A stretch of DNA of 64,000 nucleotides from Thermoproteota archaeon (GTDB taxonomy: Archaea; Korarchaeota; Korarchaeia; B14-G2). The stretch covers positions 120,804-184,803 of the forward strand of contig JAVCBW010000005.1 in the NCBI GenBank assembly GCA_037917675.1, read 5' to 3'. Positions 40,581-49,861 of this stretch are shown here, in pieces (the first letter of the stretch is position 1; the number at the start of each line of letters is the position of its first letter). The notes beneath the pieces were generated by a model. The model saw nothing but the letters and a program-made list of their open reading frames with translations, did not search any database and had not been told where the DNA came from. Made by a program: the position numbers and the translations under genes.

Positions 40581-41522
40581 TCATGCTGTAAAGGACTTTA
40601 AGAGCAGCTGTGGGTTTAGCTCTCCAGCTGAGTATGTTCTGCCTGACAGGATGTCATTTACAGTGATCTTAGCTGGAGCAAAGAGGCCCTTATCTATCTT
40701 ATAGAAGTCGAAGCCTGCCTCCTTGAATATCTCGTAGAAGGGCTTCCCGTAGCTTGGTGAAGCTGAAGCTGGAGCTCTCTGGACGATCTTCTCTAGATTC
40801 TCTCCTCCCTTAACTGCCAGATAGACTGATCCACCCAACATGAGAGCATCATTTGCCCTCCCCATCTGGACTGTGCTATCTGGGTGGAGTGGTGCTATGG
40901 GAGCTATCCCACATCCGTATACTATGGAAGCTGGGTTTAAGCCTAGGTCTACGAGCTTGTGTATCCCTGTCTCCACTATCCTTCCTGCTATCTGAGTTGA
41001 GCCTGCTATGCTACTTGTTGGAGCAACAACAATATGCAGGTTCCTAGCTGGCATGTTAAGGTCGCTTGCAATCTTCTCTACTACGCTCTCTGGTGGGAGC
41101 TTATCTGCTTCAAGCTGTAGCACAGCTACCTCAGGAGGCTCAGAGTAGCCTAGCAGCTTATAGATCCACTTGGGCTTCTTCACTATGGCTCTAGCTGGCC
41201 CTGATCCCATAGCGAAGTAGCCGCTATGAGCTATCTTCCAGCCTGCAAACTGAGAGGCTAGCGTCGACACAGCTGGGTAGTCTGTAGTGACATAGATGCA
41301 TGGGAGATAAAGCTCCCCTATGCTCATAGAGGACAGGGAAGCCTTCCCGAGGCCCCCTAGGCATATCTCCGTAATCACAGCACCAGCTTCAACGCTTCCC
41401 TCACAGTCTACACCAGCATCGACTACAGTGGCTCCAGCAACCCTCTGGACTCTAACCTTCAAGTCGCTAGCCTCATCAACTAGCCTATCAAACAGCTTTA
41501 GAGCACGCTTATTCATGTCCAT
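40581..41522 (-). CDS. mch: Methenyltetrahydromethanopterin cyclohydrolase
   Basis: ICLGGLG, SQFAGW, GSGPARA, QI.GR..ETG.HK, GR.ND, YGKPF.EIF, FDFYKID..LFAPA. Confidence 0.92.
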   Translation of the reverse strand: MDMNKRALKLFDRLVDEASDLKVRVQRVAGATVVDAGVDCEGSVEAGAVITEICLGGLGKASLSSMSIGELYLPCIYVTTDYPAVSTLASQFAGWKIAHSGYFAMGSGPARAIVKKPKWIYKLLGYSEPPEVAVLQLEADKLPPESVVEKIASDLNMPARNLHIVVAPTSSIAGSTQIAGRIVETGIHKLVDLGLNPASIVYGCGIAPIAPLHPDSTVQMGRANDALMLGGSVYLAVKGGENLEKIVQRAPASASPSYGKPFYEIFKEAGFDFYKIDKGLFAPAKITVNDILSGRTYSAGELNPQLLLKSFTA

Positions 41523-41562
41523 TAGGACACCAGGGTGCTAGGGGAATGGCTATAAATTTCAC

Positions 41563-43317
41563 ATGCCTGCTAATGCAGGTGACCTCTTGTCTCTTGAGGA
41601 AGCTAGAAGGCTTGCTTACATAGCTGCTGCAAGCAATGCATTGAAGTATGGTGAGGCTAGGGTAAACCCTGTCCTCAGCAGGGTGTTAGGAGCTCTACCT
41701 CAGCTCAGGAGCAGAGCTAGGGAGGTTAAGGAGGTCGTCAAGGAGGTTGTATCTAAGGTAAACCAGCTGACGAGAGAAGAGCTCGCTAGGATAGCTGGTG
41801 AAGCAGCTGAGAAGAAGGCTGAGGAAGAGAGGAAGTGGCCTGAGCTAGTGAATCACGACAAGTATGAGAAGATCGTCACCAGAGTAGCACCAGAGCCCAA
41901 CGGATATCCTACCCTAGGGCATGCTAAGGGGCTTCTGATACCATTCATATACGCCAGGCTATATAATGGGGTTTTCCAGCTTAGATTCGAGGACACAAAT
42001 CCGAGAGTAGAGAAGCTAGAGTACTATGAGGCTATCAGAAGCGAGTTCGCAGAGCTGCTAGAAGCAGCATCAGAGGAGCTCGGAATAGGGCCGCCGAAGT
42101 GGGATGTTGAGATAATAGAGTCAAACGACCTCCCAGTATTCTACAAGCTCTGCAGAAAGCTCCTAGAAGAAGAGAAGGCATATGTCTGCACATGCCGCCA
42201 AGAGGAGGTCAGAGCTAACAGGAGGCTAGGAAGGGAATGTGAGTGTAGGAAGAGGAGCATAGAGGAGAACCTTGAGCTATGGGAGCTCATGCACACCTCT
42301 CTCAGAGAGGGGGAGGCTCACGTCCGGCTTAAAACAAGCATGAAGCATGGAAACCCAACCATGAGAGACCCAGGGATATTTAGAGTTATAGAGGCAGAGC
42401 ACCCAATCCAAGGCACAAAGTACAGAGTCTATCCAACATATGACTTCTCGATATCAGTAGAAGACTCTCTGACAGGTGTGACACACGCGTTCAGAAGCAA
42501 GGAGTTTGAGCCACATGTTGAGGTGCAAAGGACCATAATAAGGTACCTTGGGCTTAGAGAGTTTGAGATGATCCAATTTGGGAGGATAACAGTAGAGGGA
42601 GTACCTCTATCAAAGAGGTACATTAGGCCTCTCATAGAAAGTGGCATCTTATGGGGCTGGGATGACCCTAGGATACCGACGCTAAGAGGGCTAAAGAGGA
42701 GAGGAGTAAGCTTCAGGGCGCTAGCTAGGTTCATGTTCGAAATGGGACCAAGCAAGGTTGATGCTACAGTCAACATGGAGTCCATATACGCTCTGAACAG
42801 GAGGATACTAGATCCAATAGCAGAAAGGTACATGTTCGTACCAGATCCAGTGAAGCTTGTAGTAGAGGGGGGGAGCCTACCTGAGATCATAGAGCTCCCT
42901 AAGCACCCAAGCAACCCTAGGCTTGGCACGAGGAGACTCAGCCTCCTGCCTAGAGGAGGTAAGCTAGAAGTCTATGTCCCAAGCAGCGACCTAAAGGAGC
43001 TGAAGACAGGAGACATGCTCAGGCTTTGGTCACTAGCAACCATCAGGCTAGTCAGCTTGATGCCTGACATGGCTAGAGGAGAGCTAGCAGATAAGCAGCC
43101 TAGAGCACCAGTAGTGCAGTGGACGCCAGTGAGAGGGAGCACTCCAATGGAGGTCACATACCCAGATAGCATCTTCAGCTACAGAGTTCTATCTGGATTC
43201 GGTGACCCAGGGATCAGGGATCTCAGAGAGGGGAGCATAGTGCAGCTGCTCAGAGTCGGGTTCGCTAGAATAGACTCACACAATGGAGTGACGAGAGCTA
43301 TACTGGCCCACAGGTAG
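41563..43317 (+). CDS. gltX: Glutamyl-tRNA synthetase, archaeal type
   Basis: TR.APEPNG..TLGH, RFEDTNP, YPTYDF, LSKR, GWDDPR.PT.RG. Confidence 0.95.
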   Translation: MPANAGDLLSLEEARRLAYIAAASNALKYGEARVNPVLSRVLGALPQLRSRAREVKEVVKEVVSKVNQLTREELARIAGEAAEKKAEEERKWPELVNHDKYEKIVTRVAPEPNGYPTLGHAKGLLIPFIYARLYNGVFQLRFEDTNPRVEKLEYYEAIRSEFAELLEAASEELGIGPPKWDVEIIESNDLPVFYKLCRKLLEEEKAYVCTCRQEEVRANRRLGRECECRKRSIEENLELWELMHTSLREGEAHVRLKTSMKHGNPTMRDPGIFRVIEAEHPIQGTKYRVYPTYDFSISVEDSLTGVTHAFRSKEFEPHVEVQRTIIRYLGLREFEMIQFGRITVEGVPLSKRYIRPLIESGILWGWDDPRIPTLRGLKRRGVSFRALARFMFEMGPSKVDATVNMESIYALNRRILDPIAERYMFVPDPVKLVVEGGSLPEIIELPKHPSNPRLGTRRLSLLPRGGKLEVYVPSSDLKELKTGDMLRLWSLATIRLVSLMPDMARGELADKQPRAPVVQWTPVRGSTPMEVTYPDSIFSYRVLSGFGDPGIRDLREGSIVQLLRVGFARIDSHNGVTRAILAHR

Positions 43318-44094
43318 CTAAATCCACTCTGGAAGCTGCTTGGAAGGCCTATAGCTCCTGAGCTTCACACCATGCTCCTCAAGCCGCCTCTTCACTTCAC
43401 CAGCTATGTATAGCTCCTCAAGCTCAAGATCCCTAGCAGCCTCAGGGCAGGCCTCACTCAACTTAACTCTAAAAAGCTCTATGCTCGATGGGGAGGAGAA
43501 AGAGGACACCAAAGACACCTTGAGAGGGACACCTGCATCAGAGAGGTTTGCTACAGCATCCATCTGAAGCCTATAGAACTCAGGCTTAGCTCCAGTCAGC
43601 TTCGAGAACTCCTCCTCACTACACCCCTTAAATGAAACCCTGACAACTAAGGCACTGTATGCTGCCAGGTCCAAGCAGAGATCGAAGTCGTATCCTAGGA
43701 GGATGCCGTTTGTCTCCAGGAGTATGGTAGCATCCTTCATGGCTTCCTCCACATGCTCCAGCATAGCTTTCAGGTGCTGAAATGGGATGCCAGGTAAGAT
43801 AGGCTCTCCACCAGTCACCTTAAGGACGAAAGACCTCCTCCTCCTAGCTCTATGCAAGAGGAGTGAAGCAGCCTCACCTGGATTCAGGTAAGCACCTTCA
43901 TACGGCTCGAGAACGCTACTAGGCACCCAGCAGAACAGGCATCTAAGACAGCATCCAGCCAAGTTTATGTAGGCTCCAGGCACAGGAGACCCGAAGTCTC
44001 TCTGGTCAAAGACAATCCTCTCTAGAAGGCCACGTGTAGACCGAGAGCACAGCCGAGAAGCCTTCTCAGCCAGCTGAATAGGGTCAAATAGCAT
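43318..44094 (-). CDS. Radical SAM protein of unknown function
   Basis: CCLRCLFC CxxxCxxC, TGGEP, LETNG, RVSFKG. Confidence 0.82.
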   Translation of the reverse strand: MLFDPIQLAEKASRLCSRSTRGLLERIVFDQRDFGSPVPGAYINLAGCCLRCLFCWVPSSVLEPYEGAYLNPGEAASLLLHRARRRRSFVLKVTGGEPILPGIPFQHLKAMLEHVEEAMKDATILLETNGILLGYDFDLCLDLAAYSALVVRVSFKGCSEEEFSKLTGAKPEFYRLQMDAVANLSDAGVPLKVSLVSSFSSPSSIELFRVKLSEACPEAARDLELEELYIAGEVKRRLEEHGVKLRSYRPSKQLPEWI

Positions 44095-44097
44095 AGA

Positions 44098-44448
44098 CTA
44101 CACTGTCTCTACAAGCATCTTCTTAAAAACAACCCTCTGCTTAGGCTTCTTAGATAACAGCTGAAGAGGCACACGCACCTTACGCTCATTCCTACTCCTC
44201 ACCTTCACTATACCAGCATGAACCGCACAACTCACACAATAATACTTCACCATAGGGCGAGTAGTAACATATGCGCCATCCTTCTCAAGCTCCCTAGCTA
44301 GCTTAGCCTCAACAGGCGCATACCTTCTAGTAACCCTTATAGCCTTATCAGCTGGCACCAGCCTACCACACTGAGAGCAGGGCACAGGAGGCTCTCGGCC
44401 TACAGAACCAGCCTTCTTTCTCCCACCAGACCTCCTTTTCTTAGGCAA
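44098..44448 (-). CDS. rps26e: 30S ribosomal protein S26e
   Basis: TTG start MPKKRRSGGR; CSQCGRLVP.DKA, YCVSCAVH..IV.VR. Confidence 0.95.
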   Translation of the reverse strand: MPKKRRSGGRKKAGSVGREPPVPCSQCGRLVPADKAIRVTRRYAPVEAKLARELEKDGAYVTTRPMVKYYCVSCAVHAGIVKVRSRNERKVRVPLQLLSKKPKQRVVFKKMLVETV

Positions 44449-44570
44449 AATCCTCACAACAGAGAGAAAGCTGCATGTGATAAAAACTTTTCTCAAGCCA
44501 GCTACAAGCACAAGTCGGTAGCTGGATAAACAGAGCAGATCCTCTATGAGCAAGCTTCCCTTAAGCCATG

Positions 44571-44726
44571 TTAAAGCCAGTGTTTAGCGTTGCAGGCTGG
44601 GCAGTGCACATGCTTCCTCCCCCTTTTCCTGGGGTTAACCCAGAACTTTGCTCCACAGCTGCAGCTTATCTCCTTTAGCTCACCTTTAGCTGTCCGGTAC
44701 CTGACGACTACCCCACTGTACTTCAA
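44571..44726 (-). CDS. Small basic Zn-ribbon protein (51 aa; not in ORF track)
   Basis: MKYSGVVVRYRTAKGELKEISCSCGAKFWVNPRKRGRKHVHCPACNAKHWL; GGTGAGGAGG directly upstream of TTG. Confidence 0.72.
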   Translation of the reverse strand: MKYSGVVVRYRTAKGELKEISCSCGAKFWVNPRKRGRKHVHCPACNAKHWL

Positions 44727-44822
44727 CCTCCTCACCAAAGCCTCTAGTATAGCATGGTATTTTAAGTGTCACTAGATAGAGCAGCTTGAGTATACTGGGA
44801 GCTACTGACTTCGGTGAGTTAG

Positions 44823-45617
44823 ATGAAGTTTGGGTACATGAACAACCCTTACCTAGACCTGCTTGATGAGATAGATGTCGCTAAGAGAGCTGGACTAAGC
44901 TTCCTAGAGCTCACCATAGAGTGGCCTAAGGCTACTGCAGAGTACGTCCTCCAAGAGAGTAAGAGGTTAAGGAGTAAGCTCATGGAAGCAGAGCTAGAAG
45001 TAGTGACACATGCACCATGGTACATGGAGATAGGACACACCTATACTGGAATCAGGAAGGCAGCTGTCAAAGAGCTCAGGAAGATTATAGATGCATCTAT
45101 AGAAGTTGGCTCTAGCCTGCTGACAATACACCCTCATACACCAAGGTGGGCTCACAGCAAGGAGTTCAAGTCACATGTAGTAGAGGCTAACATAGAGTCT
45201 ATAGCTGAGCTAGCTGACTACGCTAGCGAAAGAGGGCTGATGATAGCTATTGAAAACGTCGACCACGGCTTCTTTAAGTCTGTTAAGAGCATAGTGGACT
45301 TGGTCAACAGGATACCGAAGCTCATGTTCACACTGGATGTAGGACATGCATGCATGCAAGGCTCTGACATGGATAAGCTCAAATCCTATGTATCAAACCT
45401 CTATCATAAGCTAGTCCACATACACGTACATGATAATCTCAGAGATGGAAGCGATCTCCACCTGGCTGTCGGGTCAGGTGAAATAGACTGGAGAGCAGTC
45501 TACAGGGAGCTAGCTGAAATAGGATATGATGAGAAAGTCTGTATCGAAGTCCATGTTGGAGACGTAGAGTGGGGGCTTAAGATCAGCCTAGAGGCTATAA
45601 GATTCTTCTGGAAGTAG
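44823..45617 (+). CDS. Sugar phosphate isomerase/epimerase (AP endonuclease 2-like TIM barrel)
   Basis: HAP, IEN, LDVGHA, HIHVHDN, DLHL..G.G.IDW, IEV. Confidence 0.85.
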   Translation: MKFGYMNNPYLDLLDEIDVAKRAGLSFLELTIEWPKATAEYVLQESKRLRSKLMEAELEVVTHAPWYMEIGHTYTGIRKAAVKELRKIIDASIEVGSSLLTIHPHTPRWAHSKEFKSHVVEANIESIAELADYASERGLMIAIENVDHGFFKSVKSIVDLVNRIPKLMFTLDVGHACMQGSDMDKLKSYVSNLYHKLVHIHVHDNLRDGSDLHLAVGSGEIDWRAVYRELAEIGYDEKVCIEVHVGDVEWGLKISLEAIRFFWK

Positions 45618-47147
45618 CTCCCTCAAGACTGCTTCAGTAAGTGGGGTTGGCTTGAATACGGCCATAGGCTCACCTCTCTCCGTGAACACTAGATCCCAGT
45701 CTAAGACACCTAGCTCCACTAGCAGATTGAGGACTCTCATAGGCTTTCTCACTTGAACAAGAGACCTCACCTCACTCTCAGGTATCGCAGCCTCCCTAGC
45801 CTTCACCATGAGCCTCACGGCAGCTTTAAGCTCTCTTCTACCAAGAGCCTTCAAGGCTCCTATCACAGCCTTCACTCGAGCTGGCTGAGCATACACAGCT
45901 GGCTGAGGAAGCATAGAGAGGCCTGCTGGCAAGCTGACCCTATAGGCTTTGAGCCCACTAGGCTCCCTAGTGACATAGAGAGCCTCCCATATAGACAGGT
46001 AGGCTAGCTCCCTAGACAAGCCGCCTTTCATCGATTCTAGCATCCTAGAGAGGCTGCTTGGAGCAGACCTCACTGAGACAAGCATGTCTCTCGTCAAGCC
46101 AGCGAACTCGAGGTCTGAGTAGGCTGACAACGCTATGACGAGGCCTGCGCCCTCCTCTATGCCAGAGAGAACCTCCATCAGAGTAGCTCTCATGATCTCT
46201 CTACTCCTCTGCGGGAGCTGTAGGGGCAGCGGGTGGGCTACAGGAGCTATAAGACCCATTCTAGCAAGCCTATATAGCTGGAGGTCTATCAGCCTCTGGA
46301 TCACTCCTCTCAGATTGAAGTCTACTATCATGGACAGGTCTATCACATTCACCTTGCTTAGCTCCAGTAGATCCTCTAGAGGAGAGCAGCCTAGGGTGCT
46401 CTGTGCTTCAGCTATAGACTTTAATGTGGACTCACGTCGAGATGCCTCAAGAAAGGAGGTGAGGCCATCCTCTATAGCGACCCTAGCTGCATCCACATCC
46501 ACGTCTCCAAGGAGGCTTGAGAAGGCTCGGATAAAGCTCAGCTTGTCTAGAGGCTCATAGCACGTGAAGTCTACTAGCCGGCCATCTATGACCTTAACCC
46601 TCCCAGCTGCCTGCCTAAGTGCAGTAAGCCCAGAGACCATCCCTGTAAAGTCGATCACAACCATGGGGCGCCTGAGGCCCTCTGTAAGTGGCAGTATTAG
46701 CCTCTCTAGGAGCTTGATGGCATGAGGTAAGCTCTCTCCTATTATCGACAAGCTAGGCTTCCAGTAGGCTACTAGGTGAGATACAGATGGAACTGATGGA
46801 AGCTCCCTGCCCTCTCGGATAGGAGGCCTCACACCAACAGCTCTTTGCGGCTTCACCATAGCTCTTAGCTCTAGCTTAAGTGGGATAGGTAGAAGCCTTA
46901 TAGCGAGGAGCATCAGTAGGCTTGAGGCAACTGCAGCGATGTGGCTTATGAAGCCTAGGAGCATGAATGCTAGGGATGCTAGAGCTAAGCCAGCTGGCAG
47001 CCTCTGTAAAGGCAGAATTAGGAGCGCTGGAACAAGACAGAATATGATCCAAGCTGACAGCAGAAGGCTAGCAGCTGTATAGCGAGGAAGAGCTAGAGCA
47101 GCTATAAAGAGAGCAGCTGCAAGGAGAAGCTTCCAGTTAGCTCTCAA
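45588..47147 (-). CDS. Membrane-anchored, apparently inactive HerA/VirB4-like ATPase with C-terminal winged-helix-like segment
   Basis: N-terminal TMs; HerA-like strands SIIG, VVIDFTG, NVIDLS, GLVIA, EALYV without Walker A Lys or Walker B DE. Confidence 0.5.
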   Translation of the reverse strand: MRANWKLLLAAALFIAALALPRYTAASLLLSAWIIFCLVPALLILPLQRLPAGLALASLAFMLLGFISHIAAVASSLLMLLAIRLLPIPLKLELRAMVKPQRAVGVRPPIREGRELPSVPSVSHLVAYWKPSLSIIGESLPHAIKLLERLILPLTEGLRRPMVVIDFTGMVSGLTALRQAAGRVKVIDGRLVDFTCYEPLDKLSFIRAFSSLLGDVDVDAARVAIEDGLTSFLEASRRESTLKSIAEAQSTLGCSPLEDLLELSKVNVIDLSMIVDFNLRGVIQRLIDLQLYRLARMGLIAPVAHPLPLQLPQRSREIMRATLMEVLSGIEEGAGLVIALSAYSDLEFAGLTRDMLVSVRSAPSSLSRMLESMKGGLSRELAYLSIWEALYVTREPSGLKAYRVSLPAGLSMLPQPAVYAQPARVKAVIGALKALGRRELKAAVRLMVKAREAAIPESEVRSLVQVRKPMRVLNLLVELGVLDWDLVFTERGEPMAVFKPTPLTEAVLRELLPEESYSL

Positions 47148-47150
47148 AAA

Positions 47151-47579
47151 CTACACCCAGCTTAAGATGCTAGCTGCTAAGGAGAGCATATGCTCTGGGA
47201 AAAGCCAAACTTGGACTCCTCTAGGAGCATGTACCCTACTGGAGACAGCCCATATGTAGGCTATATCACATCTCACGCCAGCTCTCCTAGCTACCTCTCT
47301 AGCTAGCTTGCTTCCAGCAGCCATAGCTTCCCTCCAGCTCTTGTTCATCCCACCACACTCAACCCAAGCTATCTCAATGGATTCATCGCCTTTCTTTAAG
47401 CTGAGGATGTCAGGCCTAAGACCAAGCAGCTCTCTCTCGAATGAAAAGCATCTGAAGCCCTGCTTCCAAAGCCTCATCAGAGAAAGGATCTTCAGGAGGA
47501 AGTGCCTCCTGCTCTCACTCCAGGAGACACGCTGAAAGGAGCCTAAGGCACCAGCTAGCTCAGCAGACAACGAGAGCAC
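47151..47579 (-). CDS. Putative PD-(D/E)XK-family nuclease
   Basis: ES..H, FE, RPDI, WVECG pattern. Confidence 0.55.
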   Translation of the reverse strand: MLSLSAELAGALGSFQRVSWSESRRHFLLKILSLMRLWKQGFRCFSFERELLGLRPDILSLKKGDESIEIAWVECGGMNKSWREAMAAGSKLAREVARRAGVRCDIAYIWAVSSRVHAPRGVQVWLFPEHMLSLAASILSWV

Positions 47580-47580
47580 C

Positions 47581-48657
47581 TCAGCCAGCTGGAAGAGGGC
47601 AGGTTAAAGCTAGCATCAGAGAGTAGGCAGCCAGGTATATAGCTCTTCTCCTACTAGCTACTCTACCGACCCTATCTAAGGGAGGAGGATGAGAGGGCGC
47701 CATGAGCAGCAGAACTAGTACAAGTAGGGCCATTGCAGGGTTCGTGTAAAAGAGCACGAGCAGCCCTGCTATGCTCAGCAGCAAGTGGGCAGAAGCCTTC
47801 CCATGGAAAAGAGAGTATACTATGTGGCCTCCATCAAGCTGCCCAATCGGAAGGAGGTTAAGGAAGGTCACATAGAGGCCAACCCACCCAGCCCAGGCGA
47901 CAGGAGACAGGAGGTATGCACCAGAGCCACGAGCTACCAGAAGCTCAACAAGCTGGTAGGCTAGAGATGTAGGTATGAGCTGAGCTTTCCTAGCAGCAAC
48001 CCACTCTCTCACAACCTCCTCAGGGATCCTAACAGATGCAGGCAACCCAGCTGCTAGCACAACTAGAGATGTGAGGAAGCTGGCAAGCGGCCCAGAAAAC
48101 CCTGTGTCTAAGACCTCATCCATATCAACTAGAGGCTCCTCAGACACTATCACAGCACCCAGCGTGCCTAATGGAGGAGGGCCTGGTATGAACATGGGGG
48201 GAGTAGGCTTCTTCCCACGTCTAGCAGAAGCAATCATGTGAGAGAGCTCATGTAAACCCAATATGATAAATAGGCTTATAGCGAAGGCAGCAGCATTAGG
48301 CAAGATACGCGCCGGCTCCCTACCTAGCTCACGGAGAGACTCGTTAAAGCTCCTCACGTTTATGAGCCCAGAGTAGCATACAGTCACCACAGTCACCACT
48401 AGGAGGCCTACATAAAGGAGCCTAGGCCTCCTTCTCACAGCTGGAGCCTTGAAAACAGATATCCTACCGAGCCCCTGGTCCTCACTCAGCACAGCTATAA
48501 GCCCATGAGGCCTCAGCTCAGACAGCAGACGCCTGAACTTAAGCTGGATATCAGGCTCAAGCTCAACCCAGTACGTCGGTATACCACGTACTGTAGCATA
48601 CTCCCTAACTTTAAAAAGCTGCTCAACAACCGATAGAAGGTCACTAGAGTACAGCAG
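47581..48657 (-). CDS. Site-2 protease (M50 family)
   Basis: HELSH, GTLGAVI, SGP, NLLPIGQLDGGH; start probably CTG at 48654 or 48657 rather than ATG 48702. Confidence 0.9.
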   Translation of the reverse strand: MLYSSDLLSVVEQLFKVREYATVRGIPTYWVELEPDIQLKFRRLLSELRPHGLIAVLSEDQGLGRISVFKAPAVRRRPRLLYVGLLVVTVVTVCYSGLINVRSFNESLRELGREPARILPNAAAFAISLFIILGLHELSHMIASARRGKKPTPPMFIPGPPPLGTLGAVIVSEEPLVDMDEVLDTGFSGPLASFLTSLVVLAAGLPASVRIPEEVVREWVAARKAQLIPTSLAYQLVELLVARGSGAYLLSPVAWAGWVGLYVTFLNLLPIGQLDGGHIVYSLFHGKASAHLLLSIAGLLVLFYTNPAMALLVLVLLLMAPSHPPPLDRVGRVASRRRAIYLAAYSLMLALTCPLPAG

Positions 48658-48687
48658 GCTCCCACCGGGGATACTTTGAGAAGAAAT

Positions 48688-49191
48688 GTGGCAAGCCCTC
48701 ATAAAGGTTTAGACTCAAGCCAGCATGTATTCAAAGTCAGAAGGTGTAGGGAGGAGGACATAACAAGCGTCATAAGACTCAACTACGAGAACCTCCCAGA
48801 AAACTACCCTAGAAGCTTCTTCGAACACATCTTGAGAAACTGGCCAGACACCTTCCTAGTAGCAGAGATAGATGGCGAGATAGTAGGCTACATCATGTGC
48901 AGGATAGAGAGGATGAGAGATGGGCTAAAGCTCGTTAAGAAGGGGCATGTTGTGTCGATAGCAGTAGACCCAAAAGCTAGAAGAATGAGAATAGGGACAA
49001 CCCTGATGCAGGAAGCTGAAAAAGCCATGAGAGAGCATGATGTAGAGGAGATTTACCTAGAGGTGAGAGTCACAAACGACCCTGCTATAAGGCTATACCA
49101 CAAGCTAGGATACAAGATAAGAGATAGGATACTTGGATACTATGCTGATGGAGAAGACGCCTGGGTTATGGTCAAGAAGCTCCAGCCTTAA
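48688..49191 (+). CDS. N-terminal acetyltransferase Ard1/RimI-like
   Basis: LPENY, GYIMCRIE, GHVVSIAV, YLEVRV.N..A, YYADGEDA. Confidence 0.92.
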   Translation: MASPHKGLDSSQHVFKVRRCREEDITSVIRLNYENLPENYPRSFFEHILRNWPDTFLVAEIDGEIVGYIMCRIERMRDGLKLVKKGHVVSIAVDPKARRMRIGTTLMQEAEKAMREHDVEEIYLEVRVTNDPAIRLYHKLGYKIRDRILGYYADGEDAWVMVKKLQP

Positions 49192-49567
49192 GCATAGGCT
49201 CAACATGTAGCACAATAGACTCTCCAGTCTGAAGCTTCTCTAGTGCAGGAAGGTTATCCACAACCCTCCCTAGCAGGTTCACAGGATGAGAGACGCTGAC
49301 ATCACATAAAGCAACCATTATAGCCTTAGATAGAGGAGAGTACGCTATTTCGCCAGTAGATAGGCTTCTCCTCCCCCTCTCAACACCCTCCCTGATATCC
49401 TTCTCTATGACCAGTAAGCAGCCTCTCCTTATCACCATGCTCCTTATAGGGAGGAGATGAAGCAGCTTGTCAGCTGTCATCGGAGAAAGATACCGTAAGA
49501 CCTCTCCAGCAGCTATGTCACCACGTGGAGTCATAAAGTATAGAGGGTACTTCTCAACATACTGCAA
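49172..49567 (-). CDS. Cyclophilin-like fold protein
   Basis: SP.T...LP, GEIAY.P, VN.LG.V; SD GGTGAGGAG before TTG 49567. Confidence 0.65.
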   Translation of the reverse strand: MQYVEKYPLYFMTPRGDIAAGEVLRYLSPMTADKLLHLLPIRSMVIRRGCLLVIEKDIREGVERGRRSLSTGEIAYSPLSKAIMVALCDVSVSHPVNLLGRVVDNLPALEKLQTGESIVLHVEPMLKAGAS

Positions 49568-49577
49568 GCGAGGCTCC

Positions 49578-49853
49578 TCACCCCCCTTTACTCCGAGCAT
49601 AAATCACTATCTTCCAGCTCTTAACCACAGGGGAGACAACACCCTTCTCCTCAAGAGCCCTCAAGGCCTTTTTCGCAGTGCTCATCGGTATCTTAAGAGA
49701 CGATGCAACAGAGTACGGCGTTATCACCCTCATCCTAGAGATAGCCTTCTCAACAGCCTCAACTACCTCAGGAGAAAGCACTCTAACCTCAACAGACTCA
49801 TCTAGTAGAGAAGCCTCTTTAGCTGACTCAGCCTTCCCCTTCCTCTTAGACAA
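49578..49853 (-). CDS. rps25e: 30S ribosomal protein S25e
   Basis: VITPYSVA...I..S.AKKALR.LE.KG, IY. Confidence 0.9.
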   Translation of the reverse strand: MSKRKGKAESAKEASLLDESVEVRVLSPEVVEAVEKAISRMRVITPYSVASSLKIPMSTAKKALRALEEKGVVSPVVKSWKIVIYARSKGG

Positions 49854-49861
49854 GCTCCCCC

